Assembly: GCA_051294375.1 (NCBI GenBank)
Contig: CM119267.1
Coordinates: forward strand, 4,571,885-4,635,884
DNA from: Paraspadella gotoi
Lineage: Eukaryota; Animalia; Chaetognatha
Length of the DNA: 64,000 bases
Direction: 5' to 3'
In this document: positions 1-13,500 of the stretch, piece after piece
How positions within the stretch are numbered: the stretch's first letter is position 1
Layout of the letters: each line of letters opens with the position of its first letter
Program-made: the position numbers and the translations under genes
The notes under the pieces: model-generated
Databases searched by the model: none
The model's input: only the letters and a program-made list of their open reading frames with translations
What the model was told of the DNA's origin: nothing

Positions 1-385
1 CATCCAATCACGATTGCTTAATAGAATCGCATCCAATCACAATTGATTCGTAGAATTGCATCCAATCACGATTGCTTAATAGAATCGCATCCAATCGTAA
101 TTGTTTCTTAGTATGGTATCCAATCACGATTGCTTAATAGAATCGCATCCAATCGTAATTGTTTCTTAGTATCGCATTCAATCACGATTGCTTAATAGAA
201 TCGTATCCAATCGTAATTGTTTCTTAGTATCGCATCCATTCACGATTGCTTAATAGAATCGCATCCAATCGTAATTGTTTCTTAGTATCGCATCCAATCA
301 CGATTGCTTAATAGAATCGCATCCAATCGTAATTGTTTCTTAGAATCGCATCCAATCACGAATGCTTAATAGAATCGTATCCAAT
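1..385. repeat. Tandem minisatellite, 58-bp unit made of two related 29-bp subunits
   Basis: Alternating catccaatcacgattgcttaatagaatcg / catccaatcgtaattgtttcttagtatcg, about 6.5 copies; runs off the window start. Confidence 0.9.
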
Positions 386-1636
386 TCGGTCGTGATCAAT
401 TTCAAACAACCGACCATCTATTTAAAAGATCAAATGAATTGAACATTGAACGATTTAAATCACAATCGAATCTTAGGATTCGAGGCATTTTCAACTCTGA
501 ATCAAATGATTGTATTTGAACATAATAGATTTAACATTTAACTCTAAATATAACGAATTGGTGCAATTCTGATTTAATTAAATTATCGCACCAAAAGTAT
601 TATTTCTTCAAATTATTGATCGTTTTAATATTTAAAAAAATACTGTGATGATTGATTCATACGAGCAAATGTATTCAAAATATCGAAATGCATTCAACCG
701 TAGGACTTTAAAAATTCCTGAATACATTCCCTTCAAAGTTCAAACGACTGGGCGGTAGGNNNNNNNNNNNNNNNNNNNNNNNNNNNNNNNNNNNNNNNNN
801 NNNNNNNNNNNNNNNNNNNNNNNNNNNNNNNNNNNNNNNNNNNNNNNNNNNNNNNNNNNNNNNNNNNNNNNNNNNNNNNNNNNNNNNNNNNNNNNNNNNN
901 NNNNNNNNNNNNNNNNNNNNNNNNNNNNNNNNNNNNNNNNNNNNNNNNNNNNNNNNNNNNNNNNNNNNNNNNNNNNNNNNNNNNNNNNNNNNNNNNNNNN
1001 NNNNNNNNNNNNNNNNNNNNNNNNNNNNNNNNNNNNNNNNNNNNNNNNNNNNNNNNNNNNNNNNNNNNNNNNNNNNNNNNNNNNNNNNNNNNNNNNNNNN
1101 NNNNNNNNNNNNNNNNNNNNNNNNNNNNNNNNNNNNNNNNNNNNNNNNNNNNNNNNNNNNNNNNNNNNNNNNNNNNNNNNNNNNNNNNNNNNNNNNNNNN
1201 NNNNNNNNNNNNNNNNNNNNNNNNNNNNNNNNNNNNNNNNNNNNNNNNNNNNNNNNNNNNNNNNNNNNNNNNNNNNNNNNNNNNNNNNNNNNNNNNNNNN
1301 NNNNNNNNNNNNNNNNNNNNNNNNNNNNNNNNNNNNNNNNNNNNNNNNNNNNNNNNNNNNNNNNNNNNNNNNNNNNNNNNNNNNNNNNNNNNNNNNNNNN
1401 NNNNNNNNNNNNNNNNNNNNNNNNNNNNNNNNNNNNNNNNNNNNNNNNNNNNNNNNNNNNNNNNNNNNNNNNNNNNNNNNNNNNNNNNNNNNNNNNNNNN
1501 NNNNNNNNNNNNNNNNNNNNNNNNNNNNNNNNNNNNNNNNNNNNNNNNNNNNNNNNNNNNNNNNNNNNNNNNNNNNNNNNNNNNNNNNNNNNNNNNNNNN
1601 NNNNNNNNNNNNNNNNNNNNNNNNNNNNNNNAGAGA

Positions 1637-1673
<37 letters not shown>

Positions 1674-1831
1674 CGAAGGATTTTCCTCAATTTTTGTTTT
1701 CCTCGCGCACGTTTTTTTTATCCCGATCGAAAACTCATAGCGGATCCTTACTCGATCCGCTTCGGTTGTTTGTAACAGAAATCCGAGGAAGCAATTAAGA
1801 CGGCGTAAACCCGAGAAGCCAATCATCCTTC

Positions 1832-1869
<38 letters not shown>

Positions 1870-2676
1870 TATTTCTACCTTTGTACGTACACAGATCGGT
1901 GGCTTCATTTCGATTAATGTTTTCTTGGTTGGTTCAGATTATTTGCTTCAAGTAATTTAGTCATTGTTTTCATTGATCTACAATTGATTTTACAATTGAT
2001 TCGACATAGAGGAATGGCGTTCGACATAACTTAGATAATAATAGACAAACTGGTAATTATTACCTCTGTTTATATATTTTAATAACGGCCTCAGTTTGTT
2101 TTACGTACATCAATTTTGTCATTTGTTTTTTTATCTCTTTTTTCTGCTTTTTGTCCGGGCTGGTAGAGGGGCATTCGTTCGGAAACAATTTAATAACAAA
2201 AGGTATATTTTTTAACGTTTTCCGATTTATTTATCATCTTTATTTTTCAAATCCTCATAAATCGATAGTTTGAAAAACGTAATCAAATTGAAAATGAAAT
2301 TAGACTAAAATTTTTTTTTTCTAAAAATAATTATGAAACCCTATTTTTGTCCCAACTACATATTTGCTAAAATCTTGTATAATTTCACTAGATTGTGGGT
2401 TTTACAGGAAATAGGAATGACTAATTAAGAATTTAAGATCGAGTCATCTTCTTCCTAATCATTTGCATCAAAACGATCTTATCAGACGATAGAGATAAAG
2501 ATTTATGGTAAAGAATATATACCCGAACCAGTTTATAAATTACCACAAAAAAAAGATTAAAATAAAATAAAATTAAAATACACTTTTCAAAACAAAGTAT
2601 ATGAAAATATTTAAGTTTTTAACCAAAACTGAAATATAAACTATTGCTTTTAAATTTTGTTAAAATATAAAAAACC

Positions 2677-2679
2677 AAA

Positions 2680-2754
<75 letters not shown>

Positions 2755-2780
2755 ATGAATATATAGATAAATAAATAAAT
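2677..2780. repeat. (AAAT)n microsatellite
   Basis: Visible run of aaat units. Confidence 0.9.
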
Positions 2781-3056
2781 AAAAAAATAGATTGATAATT
2801 TAATAAACAAATAAATAAATATATTAATAATTAAATAAATATATAAATAACGAATTAAATAATATATGTGTATATATTTAATTTTTTTATATTTCCTCCC
2901 TCCGTCATCTGAAAGCGAGAAAAAAAAATCTTCGATTCCCGGTTTCCAGGAGAAAGGACGACACCATGGAACCGCGAAAGAAAGGAGGAAGAGGAAAAGG
3001 GTAAGGTCAAGTAAGGGCGAGGACGGACAAGTCTTAGAACGAAGGAGGAGGAGGGA

Positions 3057-3142
<86 letters not shown>

Positions 3143-3241
3143 GCGAATTCCTCGCGACGAGTTTTAAGGGACCGGCGCTGTCTTGGCACCGCAGTGGGAT
3201 TCTGGGCGCCGTATCCGGCTTGCGTGCCGCCGTCTTCGGCC

Positions 3242-3302
<61 letters not shown>

Positions 3303-3661
3303 TTCTCGGTTATATATTTTTTTCCGCGATCTTCGTTTGACCTCGAAACGACGAAATTTATTGAGCTCCGTCCGGATCCTAAGATATCGAATCGGAATTA
3401 CATTTTCTTCAAGTCTTTAATTTTTTTTTTTTTATGTCGGGATTTCTTGACTTTAATTGGTCCCTGTGGTTTCTAGTTCGATAATTTTCCAACACCATTA
3501 ATAAAATTACGGATTAAATATCTTTTCATTGTTTTACTTGCTTTCTCGCAGGCAAAGGAAACCGTCTCGCTTCCTGCGGTGATTTAAATATCACGATGTC
3601 ATTAAATGACAACGAATGAAAATTGGAAAAACTAAATTGATAAAATATTAATATATTAAAC

Positions 3662-5066
3662 ATGGACGATTCGAGATTAGAATGGATCCGTGATCGGGTT
3701 TATCAGGTTAGTCAATACAAGTTAAAATACAATGATTTACATTTTAATTTAATTTAAAGTACATTTACAACAGTTGCAAATATTCATAGATTTTTTAACA
3801 GACTTTAAATAATAATCTTTCACGACGCTTTTTCTCCATCGGTACTCGATTTTTTTCTCTCTCTCTCCCTCTCTCCCNNNNNNNNNNNNNNNNNNNNNNN
3901 NNNNNNNNNNNNNNNNNNNNNNNNNNNNNNNNNNNNNNNNNNNNNNNNNNNNNNNNNNNNNNNNNNNNNNNNNNNNNNNNNNNNNNNNNNNNNNNNNNNN
4001 NNNNNNNNNNNNNNNNNNNNNNNNNNNNNNNNNNNNNNNNNNNNNNNNNNNNNNNNNNNNNNNNNNNNNNNNNNNNNNNNNNNNNNNNATCTTCGAAGAA
4101 TTCCTCTCCGCAGAGAACGGCGTCGCCGAACGGGAAATATCCAACTTCGTCAACGAGAGTCAAGGAGACGACGACGGCGCCGCCACTCTTTTGTTTTGGG
4201 AAGAAACAAAAGATCACGAGAGAGAAGTTCTCATCAAAGTCGGTAGGTGGACGGAAGCGGCGTTGTTGGTTCGTGGGAATGGGAAAATCCCATTCCGTTC
4301 CATTCCATTCCGTTGATGATAGAATGGGGTTTTATTGAATGATTAGACGATATTTATATTCGTTGTCCCGATTACGTATTCATACTAACTTTGATTGAGT
4401 CATTTCAAGTTTGTTAAAAAAGTTGAAAAATATTTTATAATGTTGAAATAACAATCATTAATCTTTCACAACCCTTAAGCGTTCCAGATTCTATAGCCAT
4501 ATTCGTGAGATTATTCATTCATTCAGTTTATGTATTTCGCATCCCAATTGTAATCAATAGCCTGATCATTCACCAGGGATTCAACAATCGCTCATTGATC
4601 ATTCACTGATCAATTTACTAATCCTTAATTTACCAATCAATTCACTGATCAATTGATACCATAATTCTTTACCGATTATTCTCAAATCATTCATCAATTA
4701 TTAGCTCATACCGCGCTAATTATTTCACTAATCATTCTCTTCTCATTCACTCATCATTCACTCATCATTCACTCATCAATTCACAGAAATCAGTCGTCAA
4801 CCCGACAGCGAAGGCAACGAAGTCGTCACGGAAACGATCGTCGATCGATTCCTCGACCTCAACGCTGTCGCTTCCTTCAACCCCGACGCCTCCTTCCGCG
4901 GCAGCGGAACCGTCAGCGGCGTCAGCGGCGTCAGCGGCGTCAGCGGCGTCAGCGCAGGAACCGGCAGCGAAGCGGCGTCGCGGCTGCATCGTCACGAGTT
5001 GGAGACGCCGAAGGAAGGAGCGGACGAGGCGTTTGGGTGTGTGGAGGGAGGGCAAGAGGGATGGAG

Positions 5067-5132
<66 letters not shown>

Positions 5133-7083
5133 TCAAAAATAGTGAAAGGAAAATAAAAAGAAAGATTAATAGAAAGAAAGAAAGAAAAAATTAAAAATAT
5201 TAAGAATGAAATAAGGCAACGCAGAGAATGGATTATCAAGTGGCTTGCCTCTCTTGGCTTCTTCGTCTTTTCTTTTCTTTTCTTTTCTTTTCTTTTCTAT
5301 GCTTTTAAAAAAAGAAAATTTAAAAATAAAAAATAGAAAGAAAGAAACAAACGAAGTGGAAAAAAGTAAATTAAATAACACAAACAAGAACCAAAAAAAA
5401 AACAAAAAAACCAAAAAAATGTAAACAATCGATTTTAGTGAGCAACCGACGGAAGTGGAGAGCGCAGTCGCCGTTGAAAAACACGAGGAAAAAAGAAAAG
5501 GAAGGAAAGGAAAGGGAGGAACTCAGACGGTGGAAGAACCGAATCCAAAATATCAATTCGTGAGTCAAGTATTTAAATATATTTACTTTATTTTATTATA
5601 CATTATTATGGTGGACTAAAATTCACCAACCGTTCATCAGCGGCCATTGGTGCAGGAGGCAAGTAATTCGCCTCCCAACCCAAAGGTCCGGGGTTCTAGC
5701 CCAGTGGTCGCCTCGCGGTTAAAAGAGACGGGGCACTTAACCCGGTTCTGTCACTAAAACACAACAATCATTGCTGTCTCTTCAATATATACAATAACAA
5801 ATAGTTAATTGGTTCAAACTTCAAAGTCTGTCCTCCGTACCTTCGCTTCCTCCAGCGCAAAGTGAAGGAGACCTTCCCCAAGACTGTCGTCCACATGTGC
5901 CACGGCAACGTCCCCGAGCGGCTCGCCGAGGTGCGCTGCGTCTACTTCCTCCGCAACCTCGCTGGCCTCATTCCTTCCTTCGCATCCATTCAAGAGGCCA
6001 ACGAGGCGATGCCCAATTATCTCGAGTTCGGGGTGCTGGACGGACAGGCCCTGCTCATGATGGAGCAGGTCATGATGCACGTGAGTTTTAATGGGTCAGG
6101 AGCGAGTCATGTTGCGGGTAAGTTTGAATAGCGCCGTACGAATTCCGAAACGAAAAGTTGATGAAAGTAAATATAATTCATTTTTAAAAATTTAAAAGAA
6201 TTTCATTTGTAATGGAAAAATTTGTAGTCGGGCATAGCAAGTTCACCCCGCCTCTAAGCATGACACCTTCAGTCCTGACCCGGTGACTCATTGAGTAAAG
6301 CCATCAGCTCATGACCACTAAGTACCGGGTTGGGAAGTGTGAGGACGGCCGTAAGCCGCCTTGGGGGTGTGGAAAACCCTCAAGCCTGGTTCCAAGCCCA
6401 GGACCCGTTCCATAGCTGCTAGAGGGGGTTAAAGAAGTTACGGATAGTCATCTTCAGCCCACTTAGCGCCTTATCCACAAATTTTATTTTAAACTTTGTC
6501 TTTAAGATTGATCATTTTTGACCCACTGAAATGAAAAAGGGACTCAACTTTCAAGACGAATCCAAATAAACCACAAAATATGACAAAAAGGCTTTTTTTA
6601 AATTTTGATTTCCAATCGCTGAAGTACTATTTGTGTAAATGCTCAATGACTAAATTGCAAAATTTAAAATAATCTTTTTTTATACCTTCTCGATTCTTGA
6701 TGAAAACCAAATTTATAATTTTCTTTAATAGTGATGTTGTATGGTACGACAGCCCTGAATTACCTCATCGCACGACCCCACGCTTATCCTTACCTTCACG
6801 GTGTCTCCCGACCCGCATTAGGTCTTCATGCCCCTCTTCGCTTACCACGCTCAAAAGAACGACTTGGTGGATCAGCTTCAAGCAGGACTCACCAACGAGA
6901 AGCATCGTCCCGGATCCACGAAGGAGTTGAGTCGATCGATCACTCCAGCAGCCTCCGCCAACGACGAGGCCGCCTCCGACGGGGATAAGGACCAATCGCA
7001 GGTACTGGCGGGAGTTTTGGGAGCCAATCACGAGGCGCCACGAGTTTGTTGGATTTTTTTTAAAAGGAGTCGGTGTTGGTGCT

Positions 7084-7123
<40 letters not shown>

Positions 7124-7821
7124 TGTCGTGATCATTGTTGTTCTTGTTGTTCTTGATTGAATTGTAAAATAAATTTAGATTAAAATTTCTTTTAAACCTA
7201 ATAAAACGGTAGTTAAAAGTCAATTATATTTTTTTTTTATTATATAAACTTCAATTTTGCATGTAACCATACCAAATTACTATTATTCCTTTTGAAATTA
7301 TCTTTATCGTATTCGGTTTCTTTTGTCAAGTGACATTTTCAAATATTTTAAACCATTTCACCAAATTCCCTCTTTCTCCCACCACCCTTCGCCCTCTCTC
7401 TCCCCGCAGCAAGTGCAGCAAGAGTCCCGCAACTACGTGATGCTGCGAGACGATTTCCTCGTCAACATGCAAAAGTTCACGGGATCGATCACGCGAACGA
7501 TTCAGCAGATCGAAGGAGGAGTGAGACTTCACGTGCCCGACTTCACGCTCAGCTCGGTCATGACGGGTGAGTCTTAAGGGGAGAGTGAGTTCGAGGATGG
7601 GAATCGATCGTGGGGATATTGGGTTGCGATGATAATTAAAGATTTACATATTAAGAATAAGGATTTAAGTATTTTCAAAATTATAATGAAAATCTACTCG
7701 TGATTGAGACAAAAAGATATGGAAGCTGCTTGAACGCAACTTAGCTACATATATATATATATATGTAAATGATAAATGAAAAAGGAAAGTAAAGCAAAAT
7801 GAAAAATAATACAACTCTCTT

Positions 7822-7861
<40 letters not shown>

Positions 7862-10477
7862 CTTCATCTCCCCCTCAGAAAACGTCCGCAACACGGAATT
7901 GATCGACTCCCTGGAAGAGCTCGTCTCCGGTTGGGAGAAGCAAGTGGCTTCCGCGTTGGAGGTCGAGCTCAAGAAGACGCCGCAAGGATTCGGGCCTCTG
8001 GCCGAGATCGAGTTTTGGCGGGAGAGGAACGCCAATTTAAGGTTTGGAGTGGGAGAAGAATGATTGATCTGTCGGATTGATTGATGAAATAAACAATTCA
8101 AAAACTGATTTAATTTGTTTACTAAATTGATTTTATTTCACTGATTGGCTGATTGATTGATTGATTGGTTGATTGATTGATTTGATTGATTTGATTGATT
8201 TCATACTGCTTTGAATGAATGATTTAACCATTAGGAAAATCATCCCGACCCTTTTTGATCACGTTAAGAAATGAGTGCGTACAAAACTACACATTATTTA
8301 GTTGATATACATTGCAATGGCCCGTATGTAATCGTGACCCATTCCGGAAGCGTCATCCCTTTTCAGTGCGTTGGTCGAGCAACTTCCGTACGGACACGTG
8401 AAGAGCTACATGGTCGCGTCCTTTCAAAGTCCGACTCTGTCGTCGTTCAAAACTTGAGTATTCATCGATCGGAGTTGCAGCAAATTTCATACTGAAGCCA
8501 AAGACAACGTTCGCTTCCCTCTCCACGCTGTAGAGGCATTTCAGGTTGAGGACGTGGCCGGATGTGTTAACGGCAGAGATCTCGGTTGTTTTTTAAAGCG
8601 GAAATATAGGGCATTAAGGTATTTGTTCCAGGTCTCTCATGAAATTATAGGGAATATAAACATTTGTTGATTCTCCTTATGAGGTTTACTGTGAGCTTAA
8701 AAATTTTTTGTTCTCTTAATTCCACTTGCTGTTTATCATATAAAATTCATTTGACGAACAATATATTATACACAATTTTGTTTTGACTCGAAGAAAACAT
8801 GTCCTAATATAATGACGAGAATCACTATTAATAACGGCCAAAATACTACTAAATCTATTTTAAATAAACATATTACATTTTTTTTTAAAGTAGCAAAGCA
8901 AGCAGTATCTTTTGCCCTATTAATTTAGTATTTGCTTATATAATGTTAAACATCTTGGTATATTTTAGGAAATAATAGTATTCAACATCTTTTTAAAAAC
9001 GCCTTCGAGACATTATCCTTCTTCCAAATAGTGTGTGTACGACCTTCTATTTTTCATTTCGAAAATTTCTACTGAACCTCTATCTCAGCGAAATACTTAT
9101 CTCTTTGTCCGAACTATACCCTTCACAGAGGATAAATAAGGCTCAAAAGAGTAACTGAATCTCTCTCAAAGGATGCACAACGGCGTCCTTTAAACGCGAA
9201 CACACATATGCAATCGCATAGAGAAATAGCGGTGCCCGTACACACATAAGGACAACACGGTGCCTAAAGACACCTGGGGCTTCAACCCGGCGCGACAAGA
9301 AGGCGGCCTTAAAATCAACCATAACCCTTAAAGGAAAAGCGGTTAATACGAGACGGGCTCAAGAGGAGAACATGGTTCTTCAAACAAGCGAAAAGGGTGC
9401 GTCAAAATGCGAGGTACTCACGTGGAAACAAGGGGGTCCCTCCATTGATGAATAACGCTCCTCCGCCTTATGTTTGGTTCCATCTTTCCTTGTCACTACT
9501 AACCGGCGTTTACTTACGTCATGTTTGTGCCACTCATGGAGCGAATTCGCTTGGAACTCGTCGGAGAGGCTGCGCCAGGCGTTTATCATACTTGTCAGGA
9601 CGCCTCGTTTATGTCTTCTTTGGGGGTGAATTTAAGGGGAGGTGGGGGTGATGTGGGGGGAGTTGTGGTATGTTCGGTATGATGTGGTGTGAAGGGGGGC
9701 GGCGATGGGAGGAGGGTCGGTTTCATTTTAGTTATTAGTTATTATTATTATTTTTTTTTTATTTTAAATTATTATTAGTTATTACAACAATTAAGTGGAA
9801 GACGAATTTAATCGATAGCGTTACCGTTGTTGTTCTTTTAGTTGTTGTTTTTGTTTCTGTTGTAGTTATTTTTTGTGTTGATTTTGTTGTTGTTTTTGTT
9901 TTTTGTTTTTTGTTTTTTTTATTTCTGTGTTTGTTGTTGCTTTGGTTTTTTTTTATCTTGTTGTTGTTGTTGATAATGATTGTCGACGAAGATAAAAACG
10001 ACTCTTCTTTCCATCACCCCCCCCCCCAAGGGATCCCGCTCACGAAGTGAAACGCAAATCGTCGGAGGCGAAAAAAATGTTGGATCTTTGGCGGGAAACT
10101 TATTTCGAAGTCAGGTCGAAGATCGAAGCGTCGGGCAGAGATTCCAGGTGAGACTCGATTATAAATTATAAATGTTTAAGAGATAAATTGAACAATCGAT
10201 TACTCCAATCGATCGAATTAATGAATCAATCATCACAAATTTTTAAAAGTATATTTTTTCTGTTTGAATGGAAAAATTTAGTATAAGTTGTGACAAGTTT
10301 TGAAATTATTAATTCGATTACTCGATCAATCATGTCGATCCGATTAATCAAATCAATCCAATCAATCAAATCAAATTCAATCAGATGGGAATTCGATCGG
10401 AAACGTCTTTTCGAACGAACGGACTACATGGCGATGATTTGTCAGGATTTGTTCGACGTCGCTCAAGTAAGAAGACG

Positions 10478-10526
<49 letters not shown>

Positions 10527-13500
10527 ATTTATTTATTATTAAAGTTCGTACAACAAATATAAATATTATTTTTATTAAACAANNNNNNNNNNNNNNNNNN
10601 NNNNNNNNNNNNNNNNNNNNNNNNNNNNNNNNNNNNNNNNNNNNNNNNNNNNNNNNNNNNNNNNNNNNNNNNNNNNNNNNNNNNNNNNNNNNNNNNNNNN
10701 NNNNNNNNNNNNNNNNNNNNNNNNNNNNNNNNNNNNNNNNNNNNNNNNNNNNNNNNNNNNNNNNNNNNNNNNNNNNNNNNNNNNNNNNNNNNNNNNNNNN
10801 NNNNNNNNNNNNNNNNNNNNNNNNNNNNNNNNNNNNNNNNNNNNNNNNNNNNNNNNNNNNNNNNNNNNNNNNNNNNNNNNNNNNNNNNNNNNNNNNNNNN
10901 NNNNNNNNNNNNNNNNNNNNNNNNNNNNNNNNNNNNNNNNNNNNNNNNNNNNNNNNNNNNNNNNNNNNNNNNNNNNNNNNNNNNNNNNNNNCCCCCCCCT
11001 TTAAAAGGTGCTGGAGGAGTTCTACAACATCTTCGGTCCGGAGCTGAAGGCGGTGACGGGAGATCCGAAGCGGATCGAGGACGTCCTCAAGAGGGTTGAC
11101 GGTTTGGTCATGCCTATCGAACAGGTACCTACGAAATCAGCGTCAATNNNNNNNNNNNNNNNNNNNNNNNNNNNNNNNNNNNNNNNNNNNNNNNNNNNNN
11201 NNNNNNNNNNNNNNNNNNNNNNNNNNNNNNNNNNNNNNNNNNNNNNNNNNNNNNNNNNNNNNNNNNNNNNNNNNNNNNNNNNNNNNNNNNNNNNNNNNNN
11301 NNNNNNNNNNNNNNNNNNNNNNNNNNNNNNNNNNNNAGAGAGAGAGGTGAGGATTGAATAATTAGACAAAAATGGTGCAATTAACTGAATCATGAATGCT
11401 TTGGAAACCTTCGTCACAAAGAATTAATTCGTTAATTTAATTTAAATAATTTTATATTAACTACTTAAAAAGTCAATAACAAAGACGAACGAGATTCTAC
11501 GTTTCTACAACCTATTACAAATATTCAAAACAATAATAAACTGTAATTTTTAGTTCTTGGCTTGAGATTCGAATGATCGTTTTTTTTTACAATATAAAAA
11601 GAGAGAGAAGGCAGCCGACGACGTCGACAAAGGCGACGACGACGACGACGACTGAGGCTTCACTGTAGTTAAGTGAAAGGATTCTTTGGGACTGAGGTCA
11701 TCTCGGAGGCTGCGGTCCATTCGAGTCACCAAAATGCGTTCATTTTTAACCCGATTCCCTTTGGTCGACGCCGATTTCAATCCGACAGGTGACCTTCGAC
11801 GCCTTCCACCTGCGACACCAGATGTCGTGGCGATCGGTGATGGATTGGTTCAACAGGGAGGTGCAGTCGATCGAGAACGAAGCCAAGCATTTCATCGACG
11901 AATCCTTCAAGACGCTGCGGTCGGCGGAGGGCGCCTTCGACATGCTGCTCAACTTCAAGCACATCAGGTGAGATTGATGAAAGAAAAAATATTTGCATCG
12001 GCCGGGAATCGAACCCGGGCCGCCCGCGTGGCAGGCGAGCATTCTACCACTGAACCACCGATGCTGATGCATATGATGGATTCCTATAGCTAATTTTATT
12101 ATTTAAAGGCAGATGACAAAAAAGAAGACATTCAGTCTCAAGCTCTCTAAATAGAGCTTTNNNNNNNNNNNNNNNNNNNNNNNNNNNNNNNNNNNNNNNN
12201 NNNNNNNNNNNNNNNNNNNNNNNNNNNNNNNNNNNNNNNNNNNNNNNNNNNNNNNNNNNNNNNNNNNNNNNNNNNNNNNNNNNNNNNNNNNNNNNNNNNN
12301 NNNNNNNNNNNNNNNNNNNNNNNNNNNNNNNNNNNNNNNNNNNNNNNNNNNNNNNNNNNNNNNNNNNNNNNNNNNNNNNNNNNNNNNNNNNNNNNNNNNN
12401 NNNNNNNNNNNNNNNNNNNNNNNNNNNNNNNNNNNNNNNNNNNNNNNNNNNNNNNNNNNNNNNNNNNNNNNNNNNNNNNNNNNNNNNNNNNNNNNNNNNN
12501 NNNNNNNNNNNNNNNNNNNNNNNNNNNNNNNNNNNNNNNNNNNNNNNNNNNNNNNNNNNNNNNNNNNNNNNNNNNNNNNNNNNNNNNNNNNNNNNNNNNN
12601 NNNNNNNNNNNNNNNNNNNNNNNNNNNNNNNNNNNNNNNNNNNNNNNNNNNNNNNNNNNNNNNNNNNNNNNNNNNNNNNNNNNNNNNNNNNNNNNNNNNN
12701 NNNNNNNNNNNNNNNNNNNNNNNNNNNNNNNNNNNNNNNNNNNNNNNNNNNNNNNNNNNNNNNNNNNNNNNNNNNNNNNNNNNNNNNNNNNNNNNNNNNN
12801 NNNNNNNNNNNNNNNNNNNNNNNNNNNNNNNNATATAATAATAAATGTAGAACGCGAAAAGGAAAGATTTAATTCGATGATTTCAAAATCTTGTCTGTTA
12901 AACTCATTTGCATATTGTAGTACGATGAATTATCTCCCGAGGCTATTACTATTTTGAATGTAAATATTNNNNNNNNNNNNNNNNNNNNNNNNNAACGGAG
13001 CCGTTACTTATTCGTCAACAACATTTATGATTGGTAACAAACATATAAAATAATAATCCAATTCATTTAATAAATACAAAGCTATCTATGCCCTGACTGG
13101 AAACAAAGGCTTGGTGGTTTCAGGCCTCCCATCACTCTTACAAGATAATGACATAAGAGCAGGTCCCTGACAAGCTTTCAACAAGACTCTCAATCGCACA
13201 GTCTCGTAATTATTCACTCCCAGAGTAATGGCTGTCACCTATCAATGAAGGTGGTAATAATAATTCAAAGCATGTTTCACAAAATTGTATGAAAAAGACG
13301 CACTCCCTTAAGTATTAAATCGGAGGAACTACTTATTGTACTACGAACGCACGTGAGAGCAATACAAAAGACAAAGGAGCTAAAGAAATTTTTATGAAAT
13401 TGGTAACAACCATATAAAAATTATCCATTCAATTTAATAAGATAAGAACTATCTTTGCGCCCTGAATTTTGGACAGGCTTTGGTGTTTAAAGCCTCCATC

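Noticed and set aside
1-385. Regular 29-bp repeats resembling a CRISPR array
   Set aside because: No unique spacers, eukaryotic context and no cas genes; it is a dimeric minisatellite
708-1826. Long ORFs in the ORF track (also 10385-11047 and similar)
   Set aside because: They run through N gaps and microsatellites; artefacts
2866-3476. ER-repeat and SL-repeat ORFs upstream of DNAH10
   Set aside because: Translations of (GA)n/(CT)n microsatellites, with no coding support
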